A stretch of 64,000 nt of DNA from NCBI GenBank assembly GCA_025356055.1, contig JANXUU010000133.1, forward strand, positions 11,570 through 75,569, read 5' to 3'. Shown here in pieces: positions 41,499 to 52,437 of this stretch; the stretch's first letter is position 1, and every line of letters starts with the position of its first letter. Under the pieces are notes generated by a model. That model worked only from the letters and a program-made list of their open reading frames with translations. It ran no database searches and had not been told where the DNA came from. Position numbers and translations under genes: made by a program. Source of the DNA: Sphingomonas sp. Its GTDB lineage: Bacteria > Pseudomonadota > Alphaproteobacteria > Sphingomonadales > Sphingomonadaceae.

Positions 41499-42841
41499 AA
41501 CGCCCCCACTAATGTCCGAAACGCGTCGCCGCGCGCTTCGTAATCCTTGAACTGGTCGAAACTGGCGCAGGCGGGCGAAAGCAGGACCGTCTCCCCCGGC
41601 CGTGCGTCATGCGCCGCGCGAAGCACCGCGTGGGCGAGGTCGCCGCACTCGGCCACCTTGATGTGCGGCGCGAGGATGCGCGCGAACAGGTCGGATGCCT
41701 CGCCGATGGTGTAGGCCTCGCGCACGTTCTTGAAGAAGGGCGCGCATTCGTCGAGATTGTCCGACTTGGCTTGCCCGCCGCAGATCCAGCGGATCGCGGG
41801 AAAGGCGGCGAGCGCGGGGGCGGTGGCGGTGGCGTTGGTCGCCTTGCTGTCGTTGACGAAGGTGACGCCGTCCTTCTCGCGAATGCGCTCCATGCGGTGC
41901 GGAAGGCCGGGGTACGTGCGGAGACCGAGGTCGATAAGATTTGTTGGAAGCGGCAGATTGTCCAGCAGCGTAAGGGCGGCAGATACATTCTGCGCATTAT
42001 GGGGACCTTGGAGCGCTGGCCAATCTGATTGCGCAGAGAAATTCAGACCGCCGTCTTCAACTTTGCCATCATAAACTGCCCATCCGAGCAGGCCTGCAAC
42101 ATACTCGTCTGCCGCTTGCTGGCGATCGGCCCGTATTGCGAAAAACCTCGTTCGATCAAAGTCTGGTGTCCGCCAGACTTCGCTAGTTACAATCGCCGTA
42201 TGTGGAAAAGCCTGCATTTCGAAAAGGCGCATCTTCGAACCAGCATACGCCTCAAACCCATCGTATCGATCAAGATGATCGGGGGTGATGTTCAGCAGCA
42301 CCGCGACGTCGCAGTCGAGGCTTTGGGTCAGGTCGATCTGGTAGCTCGACAGTTCGAGGACGTAGACCCCGCCCTCGGGCAGCGGCTCCTGCGACAGGAT
42401 GGGGAGGCCGATGTTGCCGCCCATCAGGCTCGGCACGCCCGCGGTCTGGAGGATGTGGTTGACCAAAGCGGTGGTGGTCGACTTGCCGTTGGTGCCGGTG
42501 ATGCCGACGACCTTGTGCGGCGGCAGCTCGGCGCGGGCGCGGGCGAACAGCTCGATGTCACCAATGATCTCGACGCCCGCCTCGCGAGCCCGCGCTGCGA
42601 TCGGGTGGCGGTTGAGGGGCAGACCCGGGGTGACAACGAGGCTGTCGAATTGGGTGAGGTCGATCGCATCCAGATCGGCCAGTTCCGCGCCCTCCGGCAG
42701 CACCGACCGCGCTTCCTCCTTGGCGTCCCAAGCGGTCACCCGCGCCCCGCTCGCCAGCAACGCTTGGACCGTCGCCAGCCCGCTGCGTGCAAGGCCGTAC
42801 ACGGCGTAATGCTTGCCCGCGAAGGCCTTGGCCGTGATCAC
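41495..42841 (-). CDS. murD: UDP-N-acetylmuramoyl-L-alanine-D-glutamate ligase
   Basis: [47 protein letters not shown]. Confidence 0.97.
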   Translation of the reverse strand: MITAKAFAGKHYAVYGLARSGLATVQALLASGARVTAWDAKEEARSVLPEGAELADLDAIDLTQFDSLVVTPGLPLNRHPIAARAREAGVEIIGDIELFARARAELPPHKVVGITGTNGKSTTTALVNHILQTAGVPSLMGGNIGLPILSQEPLPEGGVYVLELSSYQIDLTQSLDCDVAVLLNITPDHLDRYDGFEAYAGSKMRLFEMQAFPHTAIVTSEVWRTPDFDRTRFFAIRADRQQAADEYVAGLLGWAVYDGKVEDGGLNFSAQSDWPALQGPHNAQNVSAALTLLDNLPLPTNLIDLGLRTYPGLPHRMERIREKDGVTFVNDSKATNATATAPALAAFPAIRWICGGQAKSDNLDECAPFFKNVREAYTIGEASDLFARILAPHIKVAECGDLAHAVLRAAHDARPGETVLLSPACASFDQFKDYEARGDAFRTLVGAL

Positions 42842-43908
42842 CGAAGCTTCAGCGTGGCGAGACCTGCCAGCGCGAGGATGAAGCTGATGATCCAGAAGCG
42901 GATCACCACCGTCGGCTCGCTCCAGCCGAGATGTTCGAAATGATGGTGGATCGGCGCCATGCGGAACACGCGCTTGCCAGTGCGCTTGAACCAGAACACC
43001 TGAACGACGACACTGACCGCTTCGAGCACGAACAGCCCGCCGACGATCGCCAGCACGAACTCATGGTGCGTCGCGACCGCAATCGCGCCAAGCGCGCCGC
43101 CGAGCGCGAGACTCCCCGTATCGCCCATGAACACTGCCGCCGGGGGCGCATTGAACCACAGGAACGCCAGCCCCGACCCGACAATCGCCATCGTCAGCAC
43201 CGACAGGTCACCTGCGCCCAGTACATGCGGGATCCCGAGATAGGCGGCGAACTTGGCGTTGCCGACGAGGTAGCTGATGATCAGGAACGCCAGTGCGGCG
43301 ATAATCACCGGCATCGTCGCCAGTCCGTCGAGCCCGTCGGTCAGATTGACCGAATTGCCGAACGCGACGATCACGAACGCCCCGAACGGGATGTACAGCC
43401 AGCCGATGTCGATGACCGGCCCGTTGTAGAAGGGCACGTACAAATGCGTGCCATGGTGCCGGACCATCAACCAGGTCGCGAACCCGGCGATCAGGAACTC
43501 GAACAGCAGCCGCGTCTTGCCCGATAGCCCCTTGTGGCTCGCCTTCCTGACCTTGTCATAATCGTCGAGGAACCCGATCAGCCCGAACCCGGCCGTCACC
43601 AGCAAGCACGCCCAGACGTAGGGGTTGCCGAGGTCCATCCACAGCAACACCGAGACCATCATCGAGACAAGGATCAGCAGGCCCCCCATCGTCGGGGTAC
43701 CGCGCTTGGCGAGGTGGCTCTGCGGACCGTCGGCGCGGATCGGTTGGCCCCTGTCCTGCTTGGTCCGCAGCCAGCGGATGAACGCCGGCCCGAAGAACAG
43801 CCCGATCGCCAGCGAGGTCGCGCTCGCCGCCCCGGCGCGAAAGCTGATGTAGCGAACCAGGTTGAGGGCGTGCGGAAATCCGAAATATTCGGCGATCAGG
43901 TAAAGCAT
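42838..43908 (-). CDS. mraY: Phospho-N-acetylmuramoyl-pentapeptide transferase
   Basis: [37 protein letters not shown]. Confidence 0.98.
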   Translation of the reverse strand: MLYLIAEYFGFPHALNLVRYISFRAGAASATSLAIGLFFGPAFIRWLRTKQDRGQPIRADGPQSHLAKRGTPTMGGLLILVSMMVSVLLWMDLGNPYVWACLLVTAGFGLIGFLDDYDKVRKASHKGLSGKTRLLFEFLIAGFATWLMVRHHGTHLYVPFYNGPVIDIGWLYIPFGAFVIVAFGNSVNLTDGLDGLATMPVIIAALAFLIISYLVGNAKFAAYLGIPHVLGAGDLSVLTMAIVGSGLAFLWFNAPPAAVFMGDTGSLALGGALGAIAVATHHEFVLAIVGGLFVLEAVSVVVQVFWFKRTGKRVFRMAPIHHHFEHLGWSEPTVVIRFWIISFILALAGLATLKLR

Positions 43909-45281
43909 GACTGCCCCCCTGCCACCCGTTCGACCAGCGCCGCAAGTCCGACCGAGTTGGACGCCTTGACGAGCACGACGTCGCCGGGCGAGAGCAACCG
44001 CTCAAGTATCTCGGTCGCCTCCGCACAGTCGCTCGCACGCTCGACCGGGATGGAGCCGCCAAGCGCCTCTTCGAGAGCAAACATTTCGTCGCCGATCAGA
44101 ATGAGCCGGTCGACATTCGCGTCGAGTACCGCCGGGGCGAGGCCCGCGTGGAGCGCCGGTCCATGCTCGCCAACCTCGCGCATTGGACCCAGCACGGCGA
44201 TCCGCCGTTCGACCCCGCGCTCTTCGCCGAGGCTCTTCAGGGTCGCCGCCATCGAAGCCGCATTGGCATTATAGCTTTCGTCGATCAGCAGTGCGGTTCC
44301 GCCGTCAAGCTTGATCCGGTGGCGCTCGCCGCGTCCCTTGAGCCCGTCCATGTCGGCCAGCGCGAGCCCGGCCTGCGCGAGGTCGCACCCCGCCGCCTCG
44401 ACCGCCGCCAGCACGGCAAGCGAATTGGTCACCCAATGATCGCCGCGCTGACTGATCGTGTAGGTCAGTTCGCTCTCCATCAGCCGCGCGGTGATCAGGC
44501 TCCCACCATTCTCCGCGCGCACCGCATGGACCGCCGCAACATCGGCCTCGGGCCCGCCGAAGGTGATGATCTCCCCCGCGTGCCGCCGCGCTGCCTTGAC
44601 CAGCGCGTCGCGGTGCGGCGTCTCCTCTGGAACGATGGCCACGCCGTCAGGCTCGAGGCCCTCGAATATCTCCGCCTTGGCCGCCGCAATGGCCTCCATC
44701 GAGCCCAGATTCTCGATATGCGCCGACGCAATCGCCGTGATGATTGCGACATGGGGTCGCACCAACCGGGTCAACGCGGCAATCTCGCCCGCATTGTTCA
44801 TCCCCATTTCGAGCACCGCATGCTCGGTCTCGCGCGGCATCCGCGCCAGGCTCAGCGGCACCCCGGTGTGGTTGTTGTAACTCTTGACCGAGCGATGGAC
44901 CTGGCCCCGGCAGCCCCGTTCCAGCGCCACGAATAGCGCCTCCTTTGTGCTGGTCTTGCCGACCGATCCCGTCACCCCGAAGATCTTCGCCGAGGTCCGC
45001 GCCCGCGCCTCGACCGCCAGCGCCGTGAGCGCCGCCGGCACGTCATTTACCAGCACATGCGGCCCGGCGACGGCATGAGAGACGATCGCCCCCGCCGCCC
45101 CGCTCGCGAACGCCGCTTTGACGAAATCATGCCCGTCGGCGACCGTACCCGGCATCGCCACGAACAGGTCGCCTGGCCCGACTTCGCGGCTGTCGAAGGC
45201 GACGCCGTTTGCTTTGAACGAAGCGCTCGCCACACCGCCCGTCGCCGCCTCTATTTCGGCGCTGGTCCACAATGTGCTCAT
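43896..45281 (-). CDS. murF: UDP-N-acetylmuramoyl-tripeptide-D-Ala-D-Ala ligase
   Basis: [38 protein letters not shown]. Confidence 0.96.
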   Translation of the reverse strand: MSTLWTSAEIEAATGGVASASFKANGVAFDSREVGPGDLFVAMPGTVADGHDFVKAAFASGAAGAIVSHAVAGPHVLVNDVPAALTALAVEARARTSAKIFGVTGSVGKTSTKEALFVALERGCRGQVHRSVKSYNNHTGVPLSLARMPRETEHAVLEMGMNNAGEIAALTRLVRPHVAIITAIASAHIENLGSMEAIAAAKAEIFEGLEPDGVAIVPEETPHRDALVKAARRHAGEIITFGGPEADVAAVHAVRAENGGSLITARLMESELTYTISQRGDHWVTNSLAVLAAVEAAGCDLAQAGLALADMDGLKGRGERHRIKLDGGTALLIDESYNANAASMAATLKSLGEERGVERRIAVLGPMREVGEHGPALHAGLAPAVLDANVDRLILIGDEMFALEEALGGSIPVERASDCAEATEILERLLSPGDVVLVKASNSVGLAALVERVAGGQSCFT

Positions 45282-46741
45282 GCCGCGCACTCGCGCGCCA
45301 CGGCGACGTCGTCGAAGGGCACCGTCCGGTCGGCCAATATCTGTCCCTGCTCATGCCCCTTGCCCGCCAGCAGCACGACATCCCCCGCGCGCGCCTCGGC
45401 GATCGCGGCGGCAATCGCTTCGCGCCGCCCGCCGATCTCGCGCAGGCCAGCGCCGCCCGACATCACCGCCGCGCGGATCGCCGCCGGGTCTTCCGAACGC
45501 GGATTATCGTCGGTGACGATTGCTACATCCGCCAGCCGTCCCGCGACCTCCCCCATCGGCGCGCGCTTGCCCATGTCGCGATCCCCGCCTGCGCCAAAGA
45601 CGATGATCAGCCGCCCCTGCCCTTGGCTCGCAACATGCGGCCGAAGCGCGGCAATCGCCGCTTCGATCGCGTCGGGTGTATGCGCGTAGTCGACATAAAC
45701 CGGCACCCCGCCCGAGGTGATCACCGCGCGCTCCAACCGCCCACGCACCGGCGCGAGCCGCGCCATCCCGCGAAACGTCTCGGCCCAGTTCCCGCCCGAC
45801 GCCAGCACCAGCCCCGCAGCGACCAAGACATTCGCCGCCTGATATGCGCCGATCAACGGCAGGTGGAGCTTATGCTCCTTGCCTTCGTGCCGGAGGATCA
45901 GCGCCTGCCCAAGTGCGGTCGGGGTCTGCGAAACGAGTTCGATCGTCTCCGCCCCCGGCCCGACCGTGACCAGCTTGAGACCCCGCGCCTTTGCACGTTC
46001 GATCACTTCCCCCGAACGTAAATCCCCTGTCCAAACGACCGCCGTCGCGTCGCTCGCCACCACCTCATCGAACAACCGCATTTTCGCTGCGAAATAGGCG
46101 TCCATGTCGGGGTGATAATCGAGATGATCGCGGCTGAGGTTGGTGAACGCCGCCGCCACCACCCGCTGCCCCTCCGAACGAAACTGGTCGAGCCCATGGG
46201 ACGATGCCTCATAGGCGACGTGGCTGATCCCCATCCGCCTCAGTCCCGCCAGATTCGACAGAAACGTCACGATGTCGGGCGTCGTCAGCCCGGTTGACAC
46301 CTGATCATCGGCGGTCGTTACCCCAAGCGTCCCGATCGACGCCGAGCGCAGTCCCGCCATCCGCCATAGCTGGCGAACCATTTCGACGGTGGAGGTCTTC
46401 CCGTTGGTCCCCGTCACCGCGACGATTGTCTCGGGATAGGGGGCAAGCAGTTTCGCCGCGAGCTTGGCGAACAGTCGCCGTGGCTCCGGATCGGCAAGAT
46501 GCACTGCTCCCGCGACCCTTGCCTCGGGCCGAGCGACGACCGCCACCGCCCCACGCTCGATCGCGCTTCCGATAAAGTCCTCACCGTTGTGTGCACTCCC
46601 CCGGAAGGCTCCGAACAAGCACCCTGCGGTTACCTTGCGGCTGTCGATTGCCGCTCCCGACACTTCCAGGTCAGGATCGAGCCGCAAAAGATTGGCGCAG
46701 TTGTTGTTGTTGTCGATCCGCAAGAGATCGCCGAGGCGCAT
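45278..46741 (-). CDS. murE: UDP-N-acetylmuramoyl-dipeptide-DAP ligase
   Basis: TGTNGKTST, LTTPD, EASSHG, DYAHTPD, DNPR, AGKGHE. Confidence 0.97.
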   Translation of the reverse strand: MRLGDLLRIDNNNNCANLLRLDPDLEVSGAAIDSRKVTAGCLFGAFRGSAHNGEDFIGSAIERGAVAVVARPEARVAGAVHLADPEPRRLFAKLAAKLLAPYPETIVAVTGTNGKTSTVEMVRQLWRMAGLRSASIGTLGVTTADDQVSTGLTTPDIVTFLSNLAGLRRMGISHVAYEASSHGLDQFRSEGQRVVAAAFTNLSRDHLDYHPDMDAYFAAKMRLFDEVVASDATAVVWTGDLRSGEVIERAKARGLKLVTVGPGAETIELVSQTPTALGQALILRHEGKEHKLHLPLIGAYQAANVLVAAGLVLASGGNWAETFRGMARLAPVRGRLERAVITSGGVPVYVDYAHTPDAIEAAIAALRPHVASQGQGRLIIVFGAGGDRDMGKRAPMGEVAGRLADVAIVTDDNPRSEDPAAIRAAVMSGGAGLREIGGRREAIAAAIAEARAGDVVLLAGKGHEQGQILADRTVPFDDVAVARECAA

Positions 46742-46745
46742 CGCC

Positions 46746-48458
46746 TCAATGCTCCTTGGTTTCGTGAACGAAGGGCAGGACCTCGCTCATGTTCGCGTCG
46801 CGGTGCATGTCCGGCCGTACGCCGAGCATCGGCGCGATCCGGCTTACGGTTCGGGAATAGGCGGGGCCGATATTCCACGCGGCGGTGTGGAAGCCGAATG
46901 TTTTCGCGGTCGGTTTCGGATCGTCGAGCATCATTACCATCGCGTAACGCGGCTCGTCCATCGGGAACACGCCGGCGAAGCTCGTGACCACGGCCGCCGA
47001 GGTGTAACGACCGCCCGCAAGCTTCTCGGCGGTACCGGTCTTGCCGCCGACGCGATAGCCTGGCGCATCGGCCATCCTGCCGGTGCCCTTCATGACGACC
47101 AACCTCAGCAATGCGCGCGACTTGTAGCTGGTTTCCTCGGTGAACACACGGTGGCCTTGGCCGACCGGATGATGAGCGTCGATCTTGAGGATGGTCGCTG
47201 GATGATAGACCCCGCCGTTGAACAAGGTCGCATATCCCGTTGCCAGGTGGAGCGGCGTTACCGCAATGCCATGGCCGAAGCCGACCGTCATGGTCGCGAC
47301 ATCACCCCAGTTGGCACCCGGTGTCAGAGTGCGGCCGCGCTCCCTCAGTTCGATCTGAACCGGCGCCAGGAAGCCCATGCTGGCGAGGAATGCCCTCTGC
47401 CGGGCCGCGCCGACCTGGAGCGCGATCTGCGCAGCGCCGATGTTGGAACTTTCTTCCATTATCTCGGCGACTGAACAGGCCCGGCCGAAGGGATGGGTGT
47501 CGTGGACCGTCACCTTGCCATAGTGGAATTCCTTAGGACAATTATACATTTGCCCGACCGACTTCACCAGGCCCAGGTCCATCGCCATGCCGACCGTGAA
47601 CGGCTTGAACGTCGAGCCCAGTTCGTAAACGCCGAGCGTTGCGCGGTTGAAGCGGGCCTCGGGCGATCCCTGTCCCGCGACGTTGGGATTAAGCGTTGGT
47701 AGCGAGGTCATCGCCAGCACTTCGCCGGTGTGAATATCCATCACCACGCCCGCCGCGCCGATTGCCGAAAATTCCGTCATCGCCGTGTTGAGCTCATGCT
47801 CGAGTGCTTGCTGCACCTTGCTCGAGATCGACAGGGTGATCGGGGTGCCACGGGTCGCCGGATCGGACAGTTGCTTGTCGAACGCGCGTTCCGCCCCGGC
47901 CGCGCCATGCCCATCAATATCGGTGAAACCGAGCACATGCGCGGCGAGGCTGGTCTGCGGGTAAAGCCGGTCCGGAGTCCGTTCGAGCGCCATCCCCGGC
48001 TCACCCAGCGCATTGACCGCCTCGACCAGCTGCGGTGAAGCCCGGCGCTGGAGGTAAAAGAATGGCTTGCCCGAGCGGATCATGGCGAAATAGCTCGCCT
48101 CGTCCTTTTCGGGCATCAGCTTTGCAAGGTTGCGCGCAAGCGCATACTTGTCGCCGATAACTTTCGTCGGCTGCAGCGCGATGCTCCACACGTCGATCGA
48201 ACTTGCCAGTAAATGTCCGTCGCGATCGACAATGTCCCCACGCGGCGGGATCAGCGCGTTCACCATCCCGCGCCGCCCGGCATGATCACCGAACGCCGCC
48301 AGCCACAGCAGTCGGCAGACAATCAGCGCGACGATCACGCCATAGCCGATCATCCCGAACATCAGTCGTTGGTGAAGGACCGCGAGAATCTGCCGACGTT
48401 GTCCGACCAGTCGGAGCCGCTCGGGCCTGGTGACGAGAGCGGGCGTGGGCGCGTTCAT
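46746..48458 (-). CDS. ftsI: Penicillin-binding protein 3
   Basis: RGDIVDRDG, ELGSTFK (SxxK), SSN (SxN), KTGT. Confidence 0.95.
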   Translation of the reverse strand: MNAPTPALVTRPERLRLVGQRRQILAVLHQRLMFGMIGYGVIVALIVCRLLWLAAFGDHAGRRGMVNALIPPRGDIVDRDGHLLASSIDVWSIALQPTKVIGDKYALARNLAKLMPEKDEASYFAMIRSGKPFFYLQRRASPQLVEAVNALGEPGMALERTPDRLYPQTSLAAHVLGFTDIDGHGAAGAERAFDKQLSDPATRGTPITLSISSKVQQALEHELNTAMTEFSAIGAAGVVMDIHTGEVLAMTSLPTLNPNVAGQGSPEARFNRATLGVYELGSTFKPFTVGMAMDLGLVKSVGQMYNCPKEFHYGKVTVHDTHPFGRACSVAEIMEESSNIGAAQIALQVGAARQRAFLASMGFLAPVQIELRERGRTLTPGANWGDVATMTVGFGHGIAVTPLHLATGYATLFNGGVYHPATILKIDAHHPVGQGHRVFTEETSYKSRALLRLVVMKGTGRMADAPGYRVGGKTGTAEKLAGGRYTSAAVVTSFAGVFPMDEPRYAMVMMLDDPKPTAKTFGFHTAAWNIGPAYSRTVSRIAPMLGVRPDMHRDANMSEVLPFVHETKEH

Positions 48459-49111
48459 CAGTGCGTGGCTTTGTCCTTGGTGACCGTGGTCTCGGCCGGG
48501 TGTGCTGACGACTTGGCGTCATGCTTTGTCGGGAGCAAGGGCGCGGACTTGGGGACCGTCGCGATTTTGACCGCGTTGGTCGTAATCGAAATATTCTTGA
48601 CGGCTTTTAGAGGTTTTTGCGGCACGGCAGATGTCGTCGGCAATCTGTAGCTTGCGACATGCATCATGCTCGCCGCTCCGTCCTTTCGGGGAGCACTGTT
48701 CGGAGCAGGGACAGCTTCGGTCGCAGCGACATCGGCATCATAGTCAGCGGTCGGCTGGGCCGGCGCGGGCCTGGGCGCCGCCGCCAGCACCACTGGCGCG
48801 GTCATGTCGACCTCGTCACTCGGTCGGGCGAGACGAGCAAGCTGATAGCCGCCATCGACGAACTGATCGGCCTTGGGCGCCGACAGCGCGAGCACCTTGA
48901 CGTTCCACCGCTCAAGCTGCTCGAGCCGTCCGCGCGTGCCGATCTCGGTCTGCAGCGTGCGTATCTCGCGCTGGGCGAGCACGATCCTGTTCTCGACTTC
49001 CTCGAGCCCGGCGCGTTCTGACGCGACCCGTAGCGAAACAAGGTAACAGCTCAGCGCGGCAACCGCGATTCCGGCGACGGAAATGACCGGACGGAAGGAA
49101 CGAGCGCTCAC
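48458..49111 (-). CDS. ftsL: FtsL-like protein with long C-terminal extension
   Basis: TM helix plus coiled coil, located between rsmH and ftsI. Confidence 0.7.
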   Translation of the reverse strand: MSARSFRPVISVAGIAVAALSCYLVSLRVASERAGLEEVENRIVLAQREIRTLQTEIGTRGRLEQLERWNVKVLALSAPKADQFVDGGYQLARLARPSDEVDMTAPVVLAAAPRPAPAQPTADYDADVAATEAVPAPNSAPRKDGAASMMHVASYRLPTTSAVPQKPLKAVKNISITTNAVKIATVPKSAPLLPTKHDAKSSAHPAETTVTKDKATH

Positions 49112-50103
49112 GGGCGGCCTCCTGCTTTACGCGTGACTTTGGGTGGCTGGGGCTGGTCCCACGCGGGCGCCGCGGTGCGAACTGCACTTCGCAGCCGAGC
49201 CGAGCGCGCGCGCGGGTTCCGGGCCAGCTCCGCGTCCGATGCGGACAGCGGCTTGGCGACTTCGTTGAAGCTCGGTGGCGGACCGGCGGCGGCGAGCGGG
49301 CGATGCCGCGATCCTGCCGGCACATCGCCGCTGCGCTCCTTCATGAAGCGCTTGACGATGCGGTCCTCGAGGCTGTGGAAGGTGACCACCGCCAGCCGCC
49401 CGCCCGGCCGCAGCGCGCGTTCGGCGGCGCGCAGACCGGCTTCAAGCTCGTCGAGTTCGGCGTTCAAATGGATCCGGATCGCCTGGAAGGTGCGAGTCGC
49501 CGGGTCAGTCTTCATCCCGGCGTGATGGCGCAGCGCCTTGCGCACCACCGCTGCCAGCCCCGCAGTCCGCGTCAGCGGCCGCGCAGCGACGATTGCCCGG
49601 GCCACCGACCGCGCGCGCGGTTCCTCGCCATATTCCTTGATGACGCGCGCAATCTCGGTCTCGTCGGCTTCGTTGACGAACTCGGCCGCGGTCAGCCCGG
49701 CCTTGCTCATCCGCATGTCGAGCGGACCGTCCTGCCCGAAGGCGAAGCCGCGCTCGGCCTGGTCGAGCTGCATCGACGACACCCCGATGTCGAGCACGAT
49801 GCCATCGACCGGCGACAGGTCGCGCTCGTCGAGCACCCGGTCCATTTGGCTGAACCGTTCCTCGATAAGCGTCAATTTCGGGTCAGGGACGAGCGCCGGC
49901 CCGTTCGCGATCGCATCCGGATCGCGATCGAAGCCGATCACCCGCCCCGCTCCCGCTCCGAGCAGGGCGCGCGTATAGCCCCCTGCCCCGAACGTGCCGT
50001 CGACCAGCGTTTCGCCTGGGACGAGGCGAAGGGCAGCGACGACTTCATCGACCAGTACCGGCACGTGGCCCGTGGGGACGGCCTGCGGCGCACAGGGACT
50101 CAT
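49108..50103 (-). CDS. rsmH: 16S rRNA m4C1402 methyltransferase
   Basis: [39 protein letters not shown]. Confidence 0.97.
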   Translation of the reverse strand: MSPCAPQAVPTGHVPVLVDEVVAALRLVPGETLVDGTFGAGGYTRALLGAGAGRVIGFDRDPDAIANGPALVPDPKLTLIEERFSQMDRVLDERDLSPVDGIVLDIGVSSMQLDQAERGFAFGQDGPLDMRMSKAGLTAAEFVNEADETEIARVIKEYGEEPRARSVARAIVAARPLTRTAGLAAVVRKALRHHAGMKTDPATRTFQAIRIHLNAELDELEAGLRAAERALRPGGRLAVVTFHSLEDRIVKRFMKERSGDVPAGSRHRPLAAAGPPPSFNEVAKPLSASDAELARNPRARSARLRSAVRTAAPAWDQPQPPKVTRKAGGRP

Positions 50104-50591
50104 GCGCCAAGGCCCCGTTCCTCAAGCCGGAAGCGGGCGATGTCCTTCATGTCCTCGGGGATGCGCGCATCGCCAAGGAACAGCTTTGGATTCCAGATTT
50201 GAAACGTCTCACCAGTGCCGAGGAACAGCGCAAGATCCTCGATTGCGCTTTTGCGGCGCATCATCGGCGGCAACAGGATCCGCCCCGACGAGTCGTAGGG
50301 CGTCTCTTCGGTCGCAGCGAAAGCCATCAGGTTGCGGCGCTGATACTCGAGTTCCGCGTCGGGATTGGTTTCTTCCTTTTCGAGCAGGCGCTCGAGCTTG
50401 GCGTGGCGCGCCGAGGCATAGCCGGGGTCATACGCGCTCAACGCCGGGAACTGGTCATGCTTGGCAAGGACGATGGTGCGCGCGTCGCCGCGCCGTTCGA
50501 TCACTTGGCGCAGGAAGGCGGGCACGGACACACGCCCCTTGGCGTCGACCGCGTTCAGCGCACTACCTTGGAACAGATGCTCCAGTGCCAC
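50100..50591 (-). CDS. mraZ: Division/cell-wall cluster transcriptional repressor
   Basis: [10 protein letters not shown] and DSSGRILLP SpoVT/AbrB repeats; first gene of the dcw cluster. Confidence 0.93.
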   Translation of the reverse strand: MALEHLFQGSALNAVDAKGRVSVPAFLRQVIERRGDARTIVLAKHDQFPALSAYDPGYASARHAKLERLLEKEETNPDAELEYQRRNLMAFAATEETPYDSSGRILLPPMMRRKSAIEDLALFLGTGETFQIWNPKLFLGDARIPEDMKDIARFRLEERGLGA

Positions 50592-50736
50592 TTGAACGTC
50601 CCCTCATGCGCTACGGCGCAGTGCCTCTTTCATGCGCAAGGCTTCCCCCTCCGCGCCGGCAGGGCCGATGCGGTCGATGAAGGACTCGGATAGGGTTGCC
50701 CCGCGCTACAGCTGCTGTTGGTAACTCAGCTTAACC

Positions 50737-50780
50737 AGGGATACAATGGGAATTCATGCCGTTACTGGGGAATTCATGCC
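50737..50780. repeat. 10/20-nt periodic direct repeats upstream of mraZ, candidate MraZ operator
   Basis: AGGG, TGGG and GGGG ending at 50740, 50750 and 50770; GGGAATTCATGCC repeated at a 20-nt interval. Confidence 0.55.
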
Positions 50781-50948
50781 AAATAACGGATTATCGTGAG
50801 AAAACTGCTCTTTCTGACGGGCCTACTATTCTTGTGTTCACTTGATGTTCCGCCGTGGTCAGGCCTGTGGATAAGCCTGTTGACAAGCAACCGTGGACCA
50901 GCCGCCACAGTTCCTCCAAAGTAGAGTTAAGTCTTTCCGCTTCCCGCT

Positions 50949-51683
50949 CTAGCGCGCGGCAGGCGCTTCCAATCGATCCAATTCGGCCACAACCGCATCG
51001 AGATTGTCGCCGATCCCTTGTCCGCTGAGCTGGGGATCGAGCAGGTCGGCATCGGCGAAGATCGTCGCCTTGCCCCGCCCAATGGCACAGCGCGCCACCG
51101 TTCTCTCGGCGGTTAGTGCACAGGCCGCCCCATCGAGTCGGCCTGGCGAGGATAGGGTCAGGCTCCGCCCGTCGAGCGTGACCGTGACCGGCCCGCGGAC
51201 GGACGGCGCTTCGAGCGACAGGCCCCAGTGCGCAAGGAGGCCAGTATCAGCGAACCCCGGCGGTGGCCGAAGCCGGTCACCGAACGGCCGCTCGCTCGGC
51301 CAGTCAAGTCGCGGATCGGCCAGCAGCAGCACGCGACCACCCCCGTGCACCCAGCGGTCGAGATCGACCAGCGCCTCAGCGGTCTGCGCGCGAGGGTGCG
51401 CCATGAACAACAGTCGAGCGCCCTTGAGGCTATCCGCGTCGGCCAGCGCAATCGGCTTGATCGCATAGCGCTGATCAAGGCGCTTCATCACCGGCGCCTG
51501 TTTGCCACCAAGCGAGAAGCCTTCGGAGAATAGCAGCGGCAGGCTGGTCAGCAGCAGCAGTTGCGGGCGGGCTGCGGGCGGGCGGGTCCCGAGCGGCGCG
51601 GCCTCGCGATGCTCCGCCAGCAGCAGCGCCGCTGCCAGCAGCAGCACGATTCCCGCGACGATCGCCGCGCGTCGGCTCCTCAT
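50949..51683 (-). CDS. Membrane-anchored protein with GldG/ABC-auxiliary-like domain
   Basis: N-terminal TM, LLTSLPL, LDRWV.GGGRVLLLADP. Confidence 0.6.
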   Translation of the reverse strand: MRSRRAAIVAGIVLLLAAALLLAEHREAAPLGTRPPAARPQLLLLTSLPLLFSEGFSLGGKQAPVMKRLDQRYAIKPIALADADSLKGARLLFMAHPRAQTAEALVDLDRWVHGGGRVLLLADPRLDWPSERPFGDRLRPPPGFADTGLLAHWGLSLEAPSVRGPVTVTLDGRSLTLSSPGRLDGAACALTAERTVARCAIGRGKATIFADADLLDPQLSGQGIGDNLDAVVAELDRLEAPAAR

Positions 51684-51922
51684 CGCGCTTTGTGGCTGGC
51701 CGCGCTGTTGTTGCCCGGGTCCGCCGAAGCGCCCGGCGCGACTCCAAGGTCCGACAACGGATCGCTCGGAAAGCTATTTTGGGCACTGTTCGCCGCATTG
51801 GGAACCGCGCCGCCTTCTCGGCTTGACCGGCTTACGACCGCCCCCAACAGGACCAGCACAAATACAAACGCTAGTCCCGTTAATCCGATACGAACGCGCT
51901 GCACTCTGCCTTTTCCCTCCAA
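51680..51922 (-). CDS. Small membrane protein of unknown function
   Basis: QRVRIGLTGLAFVFVLVLL TM, DPLSDLGVAP; stop overlaps the next start. Confidence 0.65.
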   Translation of the reverse strand: MEGKGRVQRVRIGLTGLAFVFVLVLLGAVVSRSSREGGAVPNAANSAQNSFPSDPLSDLGVAPGASADPGNNSAASHKAR

Positions 51923-52007
51923 TCCCCTGAAAACAGCCTAAGGGTCGCGAGTTTTGAATGCAAACGTGTCTTGACGGCGCGCTTGGCAACCGCAAAAGGC
52001 TCTCCGC

Positions 52008-52382
52008 ATGAATCGCACCCTCATCATCGCCGCCCTCGCCGCCACCGCAATCACCGCGTGCAGCAAGTCAGATCACACGATCGTCGCCGGATCGAAGGAC
52101 GACGGCGTAACGGTCAACACCGCCGCCATCGTAATGCCGCCCGCGATCGAATCGACAAAGTCGTACCGTTGCAAGGACAATACGGTCGTCTATATTGACT
52201 GGCTCAACGACAAGAAGACCGCCGACATCCGCGCCTCGAAGGCAGGGTCGGCCTCTCGCGTTGTTTCTGCCGAGGCTGGTAAGCCAATGACCGCTGCCGG
52301 TTACTCGCTGACGGGCACCAAGGATTCGGCCTCGGTCACCGTTGAGCGCCCAGACAAGGGCTCGCAAAGCTGCAAGGCCTGA
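52008..52382 (+). CDS. Lipoprotein of unknown function
   Basis: Lipobox ITAC, YRCKDNTVVYIDW, terminal Cys; own terminator. Confidence 0.8.
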   Translation: MNRTLIIAALAATAITACSKSDHTIVAGSKDDGVTVNTAAIVMPPAIESTKSYRCKDNTVVYIDWLNDKKTADIRASKAGSASRVVSAEAGKPMTAAGYSLTGTKDSASVTVERPDKGSQSCKA

Positions 52383-52405
52383 CTTCTTCATTTTGTCGCT
52401 TATTT

Positions 52406-52436
52406 GGGCGGCGGGCTTCGGCTCGCCGCCCTTTTT
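52406..52436 (+). terminator. Intrinsic terminator
   Basis: GGGCGGCGGGC-ttcg-GCTCGCCGCCC-TTTTT. Confidence 0.85.
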
Positions 52437-52437
52437 G

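Noticed and set aside
50720-50735. Possible CtrA box upstream of mraZ (GTAA-N6-TTAAC); similar TTAA-N7-ATTA upstream of nepR
   Set aside because: Spacing or half-site departs from TTAA-N7-TTAA; too weak to call
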